From an uncultured archaeon (lineage in GTDB: Archaea; Aenigmatarchaeota; Aenigmatarchaeia; QMZS01): a stretch of DNA of 61,268 nt. Under the pieces are notes generated by a model. It ran no database searches. It saw only the letters and a list, made by a program, of their open reading frames with translations, and was not told the origin of the DNA. A program made the translations under genes and the position numbers. The stretch is taken from positions 5,841-67,108 of the forward strand of contig CAZJKT010000002.1 of NCBI GenBank assembly GCA_964547015.1, written 5' to 3'. Below are positions 1 to 8,892 of this stretch, piece after piece (positions within the stretch are counted from its first letter, which is position 1; each line of letters begins with the position of its first letter).

Positions 1-85
1 AAGCAAGGAATAAAAATAAGCAAGGAATAAAAATAAGCAAGGAATAAAAATAAGCAAGGAATAAAAATAAGCGAGGAGTAAAAAA
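1..85. repeat. 17-bp tandem repeat AAGCAAGGAATAAAAAT, 4 perfect copies plus 1 degenerate copy; may continue upstream of the window
   Basis: Direct reading: copies at 1-17, 18-34, 35-51 and 52-68 are identical. Copy 69-85 reads AAGCGAGGAGTAAAAAA. Confidence 0.9.
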
Positions 86-340
86 GAAGGCAGCGCTAAC
101 TAAGATAAAAAGAAAACAAAATCGGTCAAGCGCCAAAAGTCAAATCCGATTTCATTATTCGTCGTCTTCCATTACCTAATACGTAAAGTATTTAAATAAA
201 GTGTGTGGTGCATTATATACATTCAATACTACAAATATATCTAAACAGGTATCTTTAAATAAAAAAATTAACCTACCTTAACAGATAAGTATATATATTG
301 GCTAATTTTAGGGTTTTTAAGCTTAAAATTGATTAAAATA

Positions 341-580
341 ATGCCAGAAGAAGTTGAAGAGAAGAAAGGCGCGTCAGAAAAGCTTACAACAACTATTGAA
401 GTAGACAAAGAGTTATTCCTAAGATTCAAGGCGCTATGCGTTCTCAAGGAATTCAAAATGTCCAGCATCATCGAAGACATGATACGGCAATGGGTAGATG
501 CCTCCTCAAAATCAGTATCTATAGAAGACCAGATAGAAGATAAAACTAAGAAAGCCGAAGAGAAAGACAAAAAGAAGTAG
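341..580 (+). CDS. small hypothetical protein, possibly a ribbon-helix-helix-type DNA binder
   Basis: The ORF-track frame 329..580 begins at TTG; the first ATG is at 341. The pattern TIEVDKELFLRFKALCVLKEFKMSSIIEDMIRQWV resembles a beta-strand/helix/helix motif. There is an acidic/lysine-rich tail. Confidence 0.35.
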   Translation: MPEEVEEKKGASEKLTTTIEVDKELFLRFKALCVLKEFKMSSIIEDMIRQWVDASSKSVSIEDQIEDKTKKAEEKDKKK

Positions 581-625
581 GGCAAATTTTATTTTTTGCG
601 ATACAAATAATTTTCCTTTTTAATT

Positions 626-1387
626 ATGGTAGAAACAACATCGCCGGAATTGGTCAGGGAACTGATCACTAAAGGCTCAAGGCTTGAGGGCAGAAGCCCT
701 CTGGAATACAGAAAAATTGAGATAAAGGCAAACAGGCTCAAAAAAGCGGAAGGCTCCTGCGAACTTTCTCTTGGCGACACAAAAGTGATCGCCGGCGTAA
801 AATTCGACACAATGACGCCTTACCCGGACAGCCCGGACAAAGGGGGCCTTATGGTTAATATAAGCTATATCCCCATTGTATTCAAGGAACTGTCCCAAAA
901 CAAGGATATTGAGGCTTCAAGGGTTGTTGACCGAAGCATAAGGGAGAGCAAAGCTCTTGCGCTCGAGGATTTCTGCATAACCCCGGGAGAAAAAGCGTTC
1001 ACAATATTCATTGACGCCTATATCCTCAACTATGACGGAAACCTTATTGATGCAATAAACCTTGCGGCCCTTAAGGCCCTTATGAGCGCAAAAATGCCCG
1101 TCCTTGATGAAAAGGGAAAGGCTGCGCAAAGCGATAAGCCCCTAAAGCTCAATTCAGTGCCTATAATGGTGACAGTCTCAAGCATAGACGGTGAATTTAT
1201 TGCCGACCTTAGCTCCGCTGAAGAGCATGCGCTTGACTACTCGCTATGCCTATCCTACCTTGAAGACGGAAGGATTTGCGCCATGCAAAAGCAGGGTTCC
1301 ATGGGAATACCTAGAGAAGACCTCGAGAAAATATTTGAAATAGGCGCAAAAAAGCAGGCTGAGCTTAGAAAAGCCCTTGAGCAGTAA
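626..1387 (+). CDS. rrp42: exosome complex component Rrp42 (RNase PH-like, non-catalytic)
   Basis: RNase PH-fold sequence, N-terminus LITKGSRLEGRSPLEYRKIEIK...AEGSCELSLGDTKVIAGVKF, typical of archaeal Rrp42. Confidence 0.8.
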   Translation: MVETTSPELVRELITKGSRLEGRSPLEYRKIEIKANRLKKAEGSCELSLGDTKVIAGVKFDTMTPYPDSPDKGGLMVNISYIPIVFKELSQNKDIEASRVVDRSIRESKALALEDFCITPGEKAFTIFIDAYILNYDGNLIDAINLAALKALMSAKMPVLDEKGKAAQSDKPLKLNSVPIMVTVSSIDGEFIADLSSAEEHALDYSLCLSYLEDGRICAMQKQGSMGIPREDLEKIFEIGAKKQAELRKALEQ

Positions 1388-1435
1388 TTTTTTATCGGTT
1401 TTTTATTGGCAATTTTATTTAAACAGTCCTGACGC

Positions 1436-1942
1436 TTATTCGAATATTTTAAGAATTTCCGCCTTAGCCATCGGGCTTCCCGAAGAGATAAATATTGCGC
1501 CCGAAAACCTGCTTTTTGGCAAAATGGAAAATTCCCTGCCCAATACAGAAATATCCGCCCTGCCGGTTAATTTTAATGCGGTTTGGGTTTTATTTGGCAA
1601 GGCGGGGTAATCCTGCCCCTCTAACGAGAAAATCAGAGTCTCATCAAAAAAGTTTGCAAAATAGATTGCGTTCTCGCCCCGGGGGTAAATGATATAATAG
1701 AGCTCCAGGTGGGGATAATTCTCCTTGACAAACCTGCCAAATGATTCCGGCTCATAATCCCCCTCATCCTCAAGCGACAGGTAAGAAAGCCAATAATTAT
1801 ATTCTAAGGCGATATTTTCCAGAATATAAGTGTCGGTTTTAGGAAGAAAAATCTCCTTTTGCATCCCCGGGGCAAGGAGAAATAAGGCAAGGGCAACGGA
1901 AATTGCTCCCAGCAGGAATATCTGCCCCTTCATAGCCCTCAT
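1436..1942 (-). CDS. hypothetical protein with class III (prepilin-like) signal peptide
   Basis: The N-terminus MRAMKG/QIFLLGAISVALALFLL fits the archaeal prepilin motif: [KR]G followed by a hydrophobic helix. Confidence 0.4.
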   Translation of the reverse strand: MRAMKGQIFLLGAISVALALFLLAPGMQKEIFLPKTDTYILENIALEYNYWLSYLSLEDEGDYEPESFGRFVKENYPHLELYYIIYPRGENAIYFANFFDETLIFSLEGQDYPALPNKTQTALKLTGRADISVLGREFSILPKSRFSGAIFISSGSPMAKAEILKIFE

Positions 1943-1965
1943 AATATAAAATTTGCAGATAAATT

Positions 1966-2241
1966 ATGGCTGACGCACCATACAGGAGGGTACATAAACA
2001 TGGAAAGGGAAGAGGCACAGAGCTTACGGTAACCTGCTCTTTTTGCGGAAAAAAAGTCCCTAAATACAAGACTTTCATAAAGAGGAGGGGATTTTCAATA
2101 TCCGACCCCTCCCTAAGAAAAGACCTCTCAGAAGTCGGCTTTTTGACCTCAAACTCAAGGCTTTATGTGTGCCCAAGCTGCGCCCGCCGAAAAAGGATTT
2201 CGGAGCCGGGAAAGTCAAGGAAGTCCAACAAAAGGCAGTAG
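1966..2241 (+). CDS. rps26e: ribosomal protein eS26
   Basis: GKGRG...VTCSFCGKKVPKYKTFIK and LYVCPSCARR align with the eS26 zinc-ribbon pattern (KKGRGHV..IRCTNCARCVPKDKAIKK ... YCVSCAIH). Confidence 0.65.
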   Translation: MADAPYRRVHKHGKGRGTELTVTCSFCGKKVPKYKTFIKRRGFSISDPSLRKDLSEVGFLTSNSRLYVCPSCARRKRISEPGKSRKSNKRQ

Positions 2242-2388
2242 ATTTTGGACTCTTGCAGACTTTGGAAGATTATCATCTATCATAGGCAAGTTTCATGTGC
2301 TTATGATAAATATTTAATATAGCTATTCAAGATATACCGGGTAATATCCTATTACCAATAAAAATATAGCTCATCTCTAGAAAAAATT

Positions 2389-2934
2389 TTACTGGTTCAA
2401 AGGCGCCGCCTTCTCAACTATATAAATCCCGTCCTGAAACCTTCTACGGTCATTTTTGCATTGCCTTGTCGCAAGCTCAAAATTGGCTGCAGTCTGACCC
2501 ACTTTTTCCTTATCGAGCCCGGAAACGGTTATCTCCTGCTTTTCAATTTTTACATCAATGCCTTCAATAATTTTTGATTTCCTTATGTCTTTTTGGCCTA
2601 TAAAATTCTTGATTATAACCTCATTTCCCTTTCTCTCAAGGCTCATTGGGAAGTGAACATGGTGCACCTTAAGGGAATATTTGTACCCCTTTGTAACCCC
2701 TTCTGAAAGGGAATTAACATGGGCTTTAAGAGTCCCTAAAATCGCCTTGACTCTTTTTGACTCTTCCTTTGTGGAAATTGTAACCTCATTTCCGGATAGC
2801 TTCATTTTTATCAGGTTTGCGATTCCCCTGTTGTAGAAATCCCTGTCCAACTCGCCCAAAGGGCCTTTAAGGGTCAATCTAAATCCCTCCAATCGGGCCT
2901 CCACCCCTTCCGGAATACTAACTTTCACCTCCAT
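2389..2934 (-). CDS. rpl6: ribosomal protein uL6
   Basis: MEVKVSIPEGVEARLEGFRLTLKGPLGELDRDF plus the duplicated L6 alpha/beta domain pattern. Confidence 0.85.
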   Translation of the reverse strand: MEVKVSIPEGVEARLEGFRLTLKGPLGELDRDFYNRGIANLIKMKLSGNEVTISTKEESKRVKAILGTLKAHVNSLSEGVTKGYKYSLKVHHVHFPMSLERKGNEVIIKNFIGQKDIRKSKIIEGIDVKIEKQEITVSGLDKEKVGQTAANFELATRQCKNDRRRFQDGIYIVEKAAPLNQ

Positions 2935-3003
2935 TATAGTAGTCCTGAAGAAATTTAAAGTGCTGAAATTGGGGCTTTTTATGGAAATTAAATAGTTCTC
3001 AGG

Positions 3004-4437
3004 CTAAGTGATGATATATGCCCTACCGGCCCTATCTGCATAGGCATATTTTATCCCTATTGGAACTCCGCCGCTCCCCCCAATCAAGGTATATTCTCTG
3101 GATTCTCCTTTCGCATACGGCCCCAAAAGCTCAGCCGAGCCAAATTCGCCGCCCCTCAAAATTTCCGCCTTTTCCAGCTCCAAAATCCCCTGTCCCGTAT
3201 TTTCAAATTTAAGAGTATAAGCATATCGAGCTTCCCCGCCTTTCCTTTCGACAGCCTCTTTTTCGCGGGTGACTTTTATTTCAAGAGGTCCGTGCCTTAT
3301 TGAACTTGTCCCTGCCTGCGCCTCAAAAGAGGCCGTATAAGCAAAATCCGCAAAAACATACTGCTCTTCGGGGTAAATGCCTGATTTTTTGGGATAAATC
3401 TCCCAGCGAAAGCCCATTTCTTTAGAAGTATTCAGCCTATTATCTTCTTTAGCCCCCTCCTGCCTCAATTCAGCCTTCTCAAAACCCTCGCCAAGGCAGG
3501 AAATCCTGCAGTAATCAATTTCAACATCCGAACCCAGCCGGTTTTCAATCTCTAGAAAAAAGTAGGGGTTTGAGCTTTCGGGCCGAAATTTGTATCCGTT
3601 TGCGCCTACCCCAATATTCAGCCGGGAACCTCTTCCCCCAATTTGGTATATATATTCCTTCTGAGGCCTTTTTAGAGCGTCCGCTTTTTTTGATTTTTCG
3701 CTGATTCCGTCAATCTCGCCTTTTTGTATGATTCTGGGAACCCCAAACTCTTCCCACAATATCTTTTGGAAATATTGCCGGGTTTTTTGGTCGGAGGGTA
3801 TGCACCCCTTATCTGCCTCCTTACAAGAGGCGCTGCAATTCCAGCCAAGAGAACTATCTATTTCAGAGCCGTATTTTTTGGCAAGCTCCTCAAATTCGCT
3901 TGGGCTAATATCCGTAAATGCGATTGCGCAAGTGTAGCCTTTCCGGCAGGAAGAACCAAAAGGGTCATCCCTGCAGTCTATCTTCGGGGGGGCGGCTTCT
4001 ATAACTTCCGGCGGCGCTTCTTTTACAATTTCCGGCCCTCTCCTAAGCGCCTCTAAAATATATCTTTCCGGAATATGGCCCTGCTGCTCTAAGGCCATAT
4101 ATATTGCAGGCCCAAAAACGCCCGGCGGAAAGGGATACAGCCCCAATGACCTTAAATCCGACTTGTTGCCTGCCGGAGAGTAGTCTGAAGGCCCAAGGGC
4201 TGCGCCAAAACCGGACGCTGCAAGCAGCACAACCATACCCGCGCCAAGAACCTTCAAGGGAGTGTTTTTGTAAATTATTGGCTGATGTGGTGAAGGCTTG
4301 CCTAAATTTCCGCCGAAACAGCTTTCGCGAATAGAGCTTTTCGAAGCTCTCGCCATCAGCTCCGCAAAGCCTTGCCCGAATTTTCCGTCAATGCCCTTGG
4401 AAGGGATATTCCACATCATACATTTTTCGCTTACCAT
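3004..4437 (-). CDS. hypothetical membrane-anchored/secreted protein
   Basis: Long ORF with one hydrophobic segment (LKVLGAGMVVLLAASGFGAAL) near the N-terminus. No recognisable catalytic motif. Confidence 0.5.
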   Translation of the reverse strand: MVSEKCMMWNIPSKGIDGKFGQGFAELMARASKSSIRESCFGGNLGKPSPHQPIIYKNTPLKVLGAGMVVLLAASGFGAALGPSDYSPAGNKSDLRSLGLYPFPPGVFGPAIYMALEQQGHIPERYILEALRRGPEIVKEAPPEVIEAAPPKIDCRDDPFGSSCRKGYTCAIAFTDISPSEFEELAKKYGSEIDSSLGWNCSASCKEADKGCIPSDQKTRQYFQKILWEEFGVPRIIQKGEIDGISEKSKKADALKRPQKEYIYQIGGRGSRLNIGVGANGYKFRPESSNPYFFLEIENRLGSDVEIDYCRISCLGEGFEKAELRQEGAKEDNRLNTSKEMGFRWEIYPKKSGIYPEEQYVFADFAYTASFEAQAGTSSIRHGPLEIKVTREKEAVERKGGEARYAYTLKFENTGQGILELEKAEILRGGEFGSAELLGPYAKGESREYTLIGGSGGVPIGIKYAYADRAGRAYIIT

Positions 4438-4501
4438 ATACCAAATTATCTTACGATATACTAATAGTTTATAATTTTCATATAGTAGTCCTATTTAGTT
4501 A

Positions 4502-5320
4502 TTATTTGGGAACGCGCGAAGGAATAATCCTGAACGGATAAACCATATCCACAGTGTAGGTATACTTGACCGTAAAGTAAAATATCTCTTCTGTCAAAGA
4601 GTCGGATTTGCCGGAAAAGGTGCATGAAAGGGCCTTGTCAAGCAAAGGGTTATAATCTTTATTGCATTCCATATCCCCATTATCTTCCCAATCCTCCAGC
4701 TTAATAACACCCCCCCCTGACAAAGGTGAAAAATAAATATTGGCGTAAGCTTTTTCTGTGACAACCGGCGGCGCCCGATTGAGGTCAACGGTCATTGTGA
4801 TATAATTATCCGAGAAATGCATAGTCTTTGGGGCATTCGGGACAGGCTCGCCCGCCATCTCCTTTCCCGCCAAGTAATCCCTGCTTGCAAAAAGAATCTT
4901 TATCGGAAAGGTTATCTCCTTATTAATCACCGCCCTCACCCAAACCCGAGTGTTTGTCTCTGACGGAATGTCTGATCTGGGAGTAAGTTTCCATGTAATT
5001 GAGGTCTGCTTTATTCCCTGCAAATTTTCTATTTCTTCTTCTCCCTGCGCCTCGTAGCTTTCAAAGAGGCCTTCATCCACGACACTTGCTTTTATGCCGT
5101 AATCCTCAACAGTATACAAATCATATTCGCTCGGGTTTCTTATGATAAGAGTAAGATATGTATATTCATCCTCGCTCGCCCTCACCTGAGGCAACTCCGA
5201 ATAAAGCTCAAGGGAAAGCGGGCGCTCAGAGGGGTCCGCGTCCCCACCCGGAAAAATATCCGTGCATCCCGAAAGGCCCACAATAAGAAATAGCAAACCA
5301 AGCGGAAAAAGGCGGCCCAT
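4502..5320 (-). CDS. hypothetical lipoprotein-like secreted protein
   Basis: The N-terminus MGRLFPLGLLFLIVGLSGCTD looks like a signal peptide with a lipobox-like LSGC. Confidence 0.5.
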   Translation of the reverse strand: MGRLFPLGLLFLIVGLSGCTDIFPGGDADPSERPLSLELYSELPQVRASEDEYTYLTLIIRNPSEYDLYTVEDYGIKASVVDEGLFESYEAQGEEEIENLQGIKQTSITWKLTPRSDIPSETNTRVWVRAVINKEITFPIKILFASRDYLAGKEMAGEPVPNAPKTMHFSDNYITMTVDLNRAPPVVTEKAYANIYFSPLSGGGVIKLEDWEDNGDMECNKDYNPLLDKALSCTFSGKSDSLTEEIFYFTVKYTYTVDMVYPFRIIPSRVPK

Positions 5321-5343
5321 AAATTAAAGTTGATTTGAATATT

Positions 5344-6408
5344 ATGGACATCAGCCTGATTAAAAAGCTAAGCGAGGCGAGCGGGGTTTCCGGATTTGAA
5401 AGCGAAGTAAGGGAGATTATCAAAAAGGAGGTCGAAAAGTATGCAGATTCTGTTCGGGTCGACAACATGGGAAACCTTATTGCGCTTAAAAAGGGCGCCG
5501 GCAAGAACAAGAAGAAAGTCGCTTTGGTGGCGCATATGGACGAAATCGGACTTCTCGTCAAAAGGTTTGAAAAAGGGTTTGTAGAATTCACAAAAATTGG
5601 GGGCATAGACAACCGAATTCTTTTAAGCCAGAGGGTTATCATTAAAGGAAAAAAAGATATTGAGGGGGTTATAGGCTCAAAGCCCATCCACTTGCAAAAA
5701 AAAGAGGAATGGGAAAAAGTAATAAAACACGACGATATGTATATTGAAGTAGGCCTTGTTGAAGAAAAAAAGAAAAAAGGCGAAAAAAAAGAACCGGAAA
5801 ATCCGGGCCTCGGAATTGAGCTCGGCCTTCCAATTTCATTTAAGTCAGAATTTCGCCAGCTCCAAAAAAACACCTACTGCGGAAAGGCCCTTGACAACAG
5901 GCTTGGGGTTTACGCGCTCATAGACATATTAAAAAGAACAAAAAAGCCCAAAAACGACCTTTATTTCGTGTTCTCAACCCAGGAGGAGGTCGGGCTTAAG
6001 GGGGCGAGAACTGCCACCTACTCGATAAACCCCGACCTTGCAATTATTCTAGATACCTCAATTGCAGGCGATACACCAATGGTGTCGAAAAAAGACTCTG
6101 AACTTGCCCTGGGAAAGGGCGTTTCAATTACGATAATTGAAGCCGGAGGGCAGGGAATAATTGTCCCGGAGGCAATCCGAAATTATTTAGTTAATACCGC
6201 AAAGGAAAATAAAATCAAATATCAGCTGGAAATCGTGGAAGGGGGAATGACAGATGCCGCAATCGTGCAACTCATAAAAGAAGGAATTTTATGCGGCTCT
6301 TTAGGAATACCTGTAAGAAATATCCACACCCCAAACGAGATTTTTGACGGGCGCGACCTCGCCGAAGCCATCAAACTGACTGAGCTTACCGCAGATAATT
6401 GGAAATAG
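5344..6408 (+). CDS. M42-family (TET/FrvX-type) aminopeptidase
   Basis: MDISLIKKLSEASGVSGFESEVREII...VDNMGNLIA...VAHMDEIG is typical of peptidase M42. The first ATG is at 5344 (the track start 5335 is TTG). A Lys/Glu-rich insert (EEKKKKGEKKEPENPG) is present. Confidence 0.8.
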   Translation: MDISLIKKLSEASGVSGFESEVREIIKKEVEKYADSVRVDNMGNLIALKKGAGKNKKKVALVAHMDEIGLLVKRFEKGFVEFTKIGGIDNRILLSQRVIIKGKKDIEGVIGSKPIHLQKKEEWEKVIKHDDMYIEVGLVEEKKKKGEKKEPENPGLGIELGLPISFKSEFRQLQKNTYCGKALDNRLGVYALIDILKRTKKPKNDLYFVFSTQEEVGLKGARTATYSINPDLAIILDTSIAGDTPMVSKKDSELALGKGVSITIIEAGGQGIIVPEAIRNYLVNTAKENKIKYQLEIVEGGMTDAAIVQLIKEGILCGSLGIPVRNIHTPNEIFDGRDLAEAIKLTELTADNWK

Positions 6409-6441
6409 TCCCTTTAAGCTAAATTTCCCTGATTTTTCCGC

Positions 6442-7251
6442 CTATATTGAAAAAGCCAAAAAAACCCCCAAAACATAGAACATCAAAGCTTTTAGCAATT
6501 TCTGCATCTTAGGGGCATTATCAAGTGATATTATATGCAAACAACCTGTTGCCCCAAAAACCGCAAAAATAAGGTATCCTTCGGGGAAAATCCCGCTAAG
6601 GTAAGGGGCAAACAAAGAAGCGGCGGCGACTAAAAGCAGGGCTTTTGCAAACAAAAAGGCGGGGCCTTTGCCTAAAGTTATCGGAAGGGTTTTAGCCCCT
6701 AAAGCCCTATCCCCCTCTGCGTCCTCAATATCCTTAATAATTTCCCTGCTGTAATTAGCAAAAAACGGTATATAAGCCAGAACAAGAAGAGGGGAAGCCA
6801 AAATACCGGAAAATCCCCCTAAGATAAGCGCAGGGGCAATGAAAACCGCAACCGCAAGGTAAGTATCAGCCAAGTTTCCTAAAACAGTTTTTTTAAGGGA
6901 CTTCGAGTAGAAGTAAAGGACTCCTGAATTGAAAAGCGCAAAAATGAAGAAATTTAGCGACACAAAATAGGCAAAAATAAGCCCCATGAAGTTCAGACCT
7001 ATATAGAGGACCCGAACAGAATTCCTGCTAAGCCGGCCCGAAGGAATCGGCCGCTTTGGGCGGTTTATCCGGTCGATTTCAGCGTCAAAATAGTCATTTA
7101 TCGCATTCCCGGCGGCGCATATAAAGGCCGCTGAAAGAATAGGAAAAATCCACAGGCTTTGAGGAATATTTATAAGGCTAAGCCCGATAACCATCCCAAA
7201 AATCGCCAAGAAACAGACGCTTGGTCGGGTAACTTCAAGAAGAGGGTTCAT
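6442..7251 (-). CDS. UbiA-family prenyltransferase, likely digeranylgeranylglyceryl phosphate synthase
   Basis: NAINDYFDAEIDRINRPKRPIPSG is the first Asp-rich motif of the UbiA superfamily. The protein is polytopic, with 8 or more hydrophobic segments. Confidence 0.6.
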   Translation of the reverse strand: MNPLLEVTRPSVCFLAIFGMVIGLSLINIPQSLWIFPILSAAFICAAGNAINDYFDAEIDRINRPKRPIPSGRLSRNSVRVLYIGLNFMGLIFAYFVSLNFFIFALFNSGVLYFYSKSLKKTVLGNLADTYLAVAVFIAPALILGGFSGILASPLLVLAYIPFFANYSREIIKDIEDAEGDRALGAKTLPITLGKGPAFLFAKALLLVAAASLFAPYLSGIFPEGYLIFAVFGATGCLHIISLDNAPKMQKLLKALMFYVLGVFLAFSI

Positions 7252-7290
7252 AAATTAGTTTTTCAGAATAGGTTAAGGCTAATTTGAGGC

Positions 7291-7623
7291 TTATTTCAAA
7301 AACTTCTTCGCCTCGTCGGCGAATTCGCCGAAATCAAGAATTGCAAGAGAAGAACACGAAACAGGCAGTCGGGCAACTTTTCCAAGCTCGGCCTTTGAGG
7401 CAATCTCAAAATAGGCCACGCCTTTCTCCCTGCAGATGATGGGTATGTGCATGGTAAGCTCTTTTGGGTCAACATCCTGGGCCACTATTACAACTTTTGC
7501 CGCGCCTTTTTCAGCCGCCTTTGTGACCTCATTAATCCCCTTGGTTATTTTTCCTGTGTCGCTTCCGGCAACCTTCTCCACAAGGGCGCAAAGCGCTTTC
7601 ATATCCGCATTTTCATCTGCCAT
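7291..7623 (-). CDS. rpl7ae: ribosomal protein L7Ae (kink-turn binding)
   Basis: KGINEVTKAAEKGAAKVVIVAQDVDPKEL..IPIICREKGVAYFEIASKAELG matches the L7Ae/L30e family. Confidence 0.8.
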   Translation of the reverse strand: MADENADMKALCALVEKVAGSDTGKITKGINEVTKAAEKGAAKVVIVAQDVDPKELTMHIPIICREKGVAYFEIASKAELGKVARLPVSCSSLAILDFGEFADEAKKFLK

Positions 7624-7690
7624 AAGAATGATTAGAAAAATATTTAATAAGCTCTAAATGAAAAGGATTTAATAGAAAATTAAAAAGGGA

Positions 7691-8011
7691 TTACTGATAT
7701 TTCTTCTGCCTTACTTTCTCCTCAGCCGCCCCTTTTGCAAATCCAACCCCTATTTTCAGGCCATTCAATGCAAGAGCAAGCAAATAAAGACCCAAGTCCG
7801 CCCCGTATTCATTATCTACAACTCCGGCCAGACCTGCCAAACTATTAAAGAAGTCGCTATTGTGTAGATAGTCCGCATTTCCAGTCAGATATAGAGGTAA
7901 AACTAATGCGGTACCTTCAACAACTGCTGCCGGTAATGTAGACATAGCCCCTAAAGCCAATCCTTTTAAAATATCCTTGTAGTAAGGCAGTCTATTACCC
8001 TCAGGGCCCAT
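7691..8011 (-). CDS. hypothetical small membrane protein
   Basis: Gly/Ala/Leu-rich hydrophobic ORF, 18 nt downstream of the unlisted 37-codon ORF at 8030..8143. Confidence 0.4.
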   Translation of the reverse strand: MGPEGNRLPYYKDILKGLALGAMSTLPAAVVEGTALVLPLYLTGNADYLHNSDFFNSLAGLAGVVDNEYGADLGLYLLALALNGLKIGVGFAKGAAEEKVRQKKYQ

Positions 8012-8029
8012 TATAGATAGCCTACCGCT

Positions 8030-8143
8030 CTATTTAGCGAATTCATAGGGGGCTTTACTAGAAAACTTGAGGATATCCCACACTTTATCTGCTCCATAAG
8101 CTAGATCTCCGCCTAAGTCGCCAACTTTCTCTTTTATACTCAT
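8030..8143 (-). CDS. unlisted 37-aa ORF (MSIKEKVGDLGGDLAYGADKVWDILKFSSKAPYEFAK)
   Basis: Hand translation. ATG at 8143-8141, preceded by AGGTGGT 4 nt upstream (SD-like) and a TTTATA element. Stop codon TAG at 8032-8030. Confidence 0.35.
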   Translation of the reverse strand: MSIKEKVGDLGGDLAYGADKVWDILKFSSKAPYEFAK

Positions 8144-8198
8144 TTTTACCACCTAATTATAATATACCTTAAAACTATAAATACTTTTCTTGACTGCA
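8144..8198 (-). promoter_or_regulatory. promoter/5'-leader cassette (TTTATA ... AATTAGGTGGT ... ATG), near-duplicate of 19473-19524
   Basis: About 40 of about 50 nt are shared with the region upstream of the 19472 start, including CCACCTAATT, TAATA and TATAAATA..TTTTCT (plus-strand reading). Confidence 0.4.
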
Positions 8199-8242
8199 AT
8201 ATACACTATTTAATTATACTGCCTGAAATAAAAAAGCCAAAA

Positions 8243-8824
8243 TTACCTTGCCCCTTCAGCTTCCCTTTCATTTCTCTGCCGCTCCTGGATTGCAAAGCTC
8301 TCCGCCGAATTCTTGTACGCGGCCAAAATCTCCGCCGAAAGGGTTTGAACAATCGGCTTTTTGCCTGAAAAAGACTTTTGGTAAGCCCCCTGCACAAACC
8401 GCCTCATCACAAAGTCAAGCCTTTTTTTAGGGGCGCATAATGCCGGCTTTCTTGCCACAATGCCGCCAATCTGCTGGGAAATTGTAAGCTCATAAGGGGC
8501 GGAATTCTCAACCGCCTTAACAAATACCTTGACAGGATTTTCCTTTGTCTTTTCGGCAATAACATCAAAAGTTTCCTCAACAATTGCATAAACTGTAGAA
8601 TACTTTCCGGTGCACTGCCCTGAGGTTGTCTTGTGCTTCTTTCCTTTGTGGCCCGGGACCATAAGGTGGGTAATCAAAAGCTCAACTATATGCTTATCTC
8701 TCTGCCTGCCGCAGGATTTTGGCAAAACTCTAGGGGAAATATCAACATAAGGCTTTATTCCTAAATCACTCACTTCAGCATCATAATCCCACTTGCCAAA
8801 AAGCTTTGCGTCCATAAAATTCAC
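8243..8824 (-). CDS. rps7: ribosomal protein uS7
   Basis: KLFGKWDYDAEVSDLGIKPYVDI...LPKSCGR and the C-terminal ...ERQRNEREAEGAR fit archaeal S7/S5e. Confidence 0.85.
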   Translation of the reverse strand: MNFMDAKLFGKWDYDAEVSDLGIKPYVDISPRVLPKSCGRQRDKHIVELLITHLMVPGHKGKKHKTTSGQCTGKYSTVYAIVEETFDVIAEKTKENPVKVFVKAVENSAPYELTISQQIGGIVARKPALCAPKKRLDFVMRRFVQGAYQKSFSGKKPIVQTLSAEILAAYKNSAESFAIQERQRNEREAEGAR

Positions 8825-8892
8825 TAAATTTTTAAATTAAGAGCTAAAACTCCTTAATATATTCTATACTTTTTAGAAAATCATAGATAATT

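Noticed and set aside
1-85. CRISPR array?
   Set aside because: The 17-bp units are directly abutting with no spacers, and no cas genes are present. This is a simple tandem repeat.
2936-4493. Shared 11-mer ATAGTAGTCCT immediately upstream of the uL6 start (2936-2946) and near 4483-4493
   Set aside because: A single short exact match in AT-rich upstream DNA, with no extended similarity or consistent spacing, is most likely chance.
5226-5873. 215-aa minus-strand ORF (Ser/Phe/Pro-rich)
   Set aside because: It is antisense to the well-supported M42 peptidase gene and has low-complexity composition. The same reasoning applies to 27681..28436 (antisense to the TctA-like gene), 39166..39723 (antisense to UPF0104), 52086..52697 and 52701..53006 (antisense to GT4), and 30132..30884 (antisense to the subtilase).
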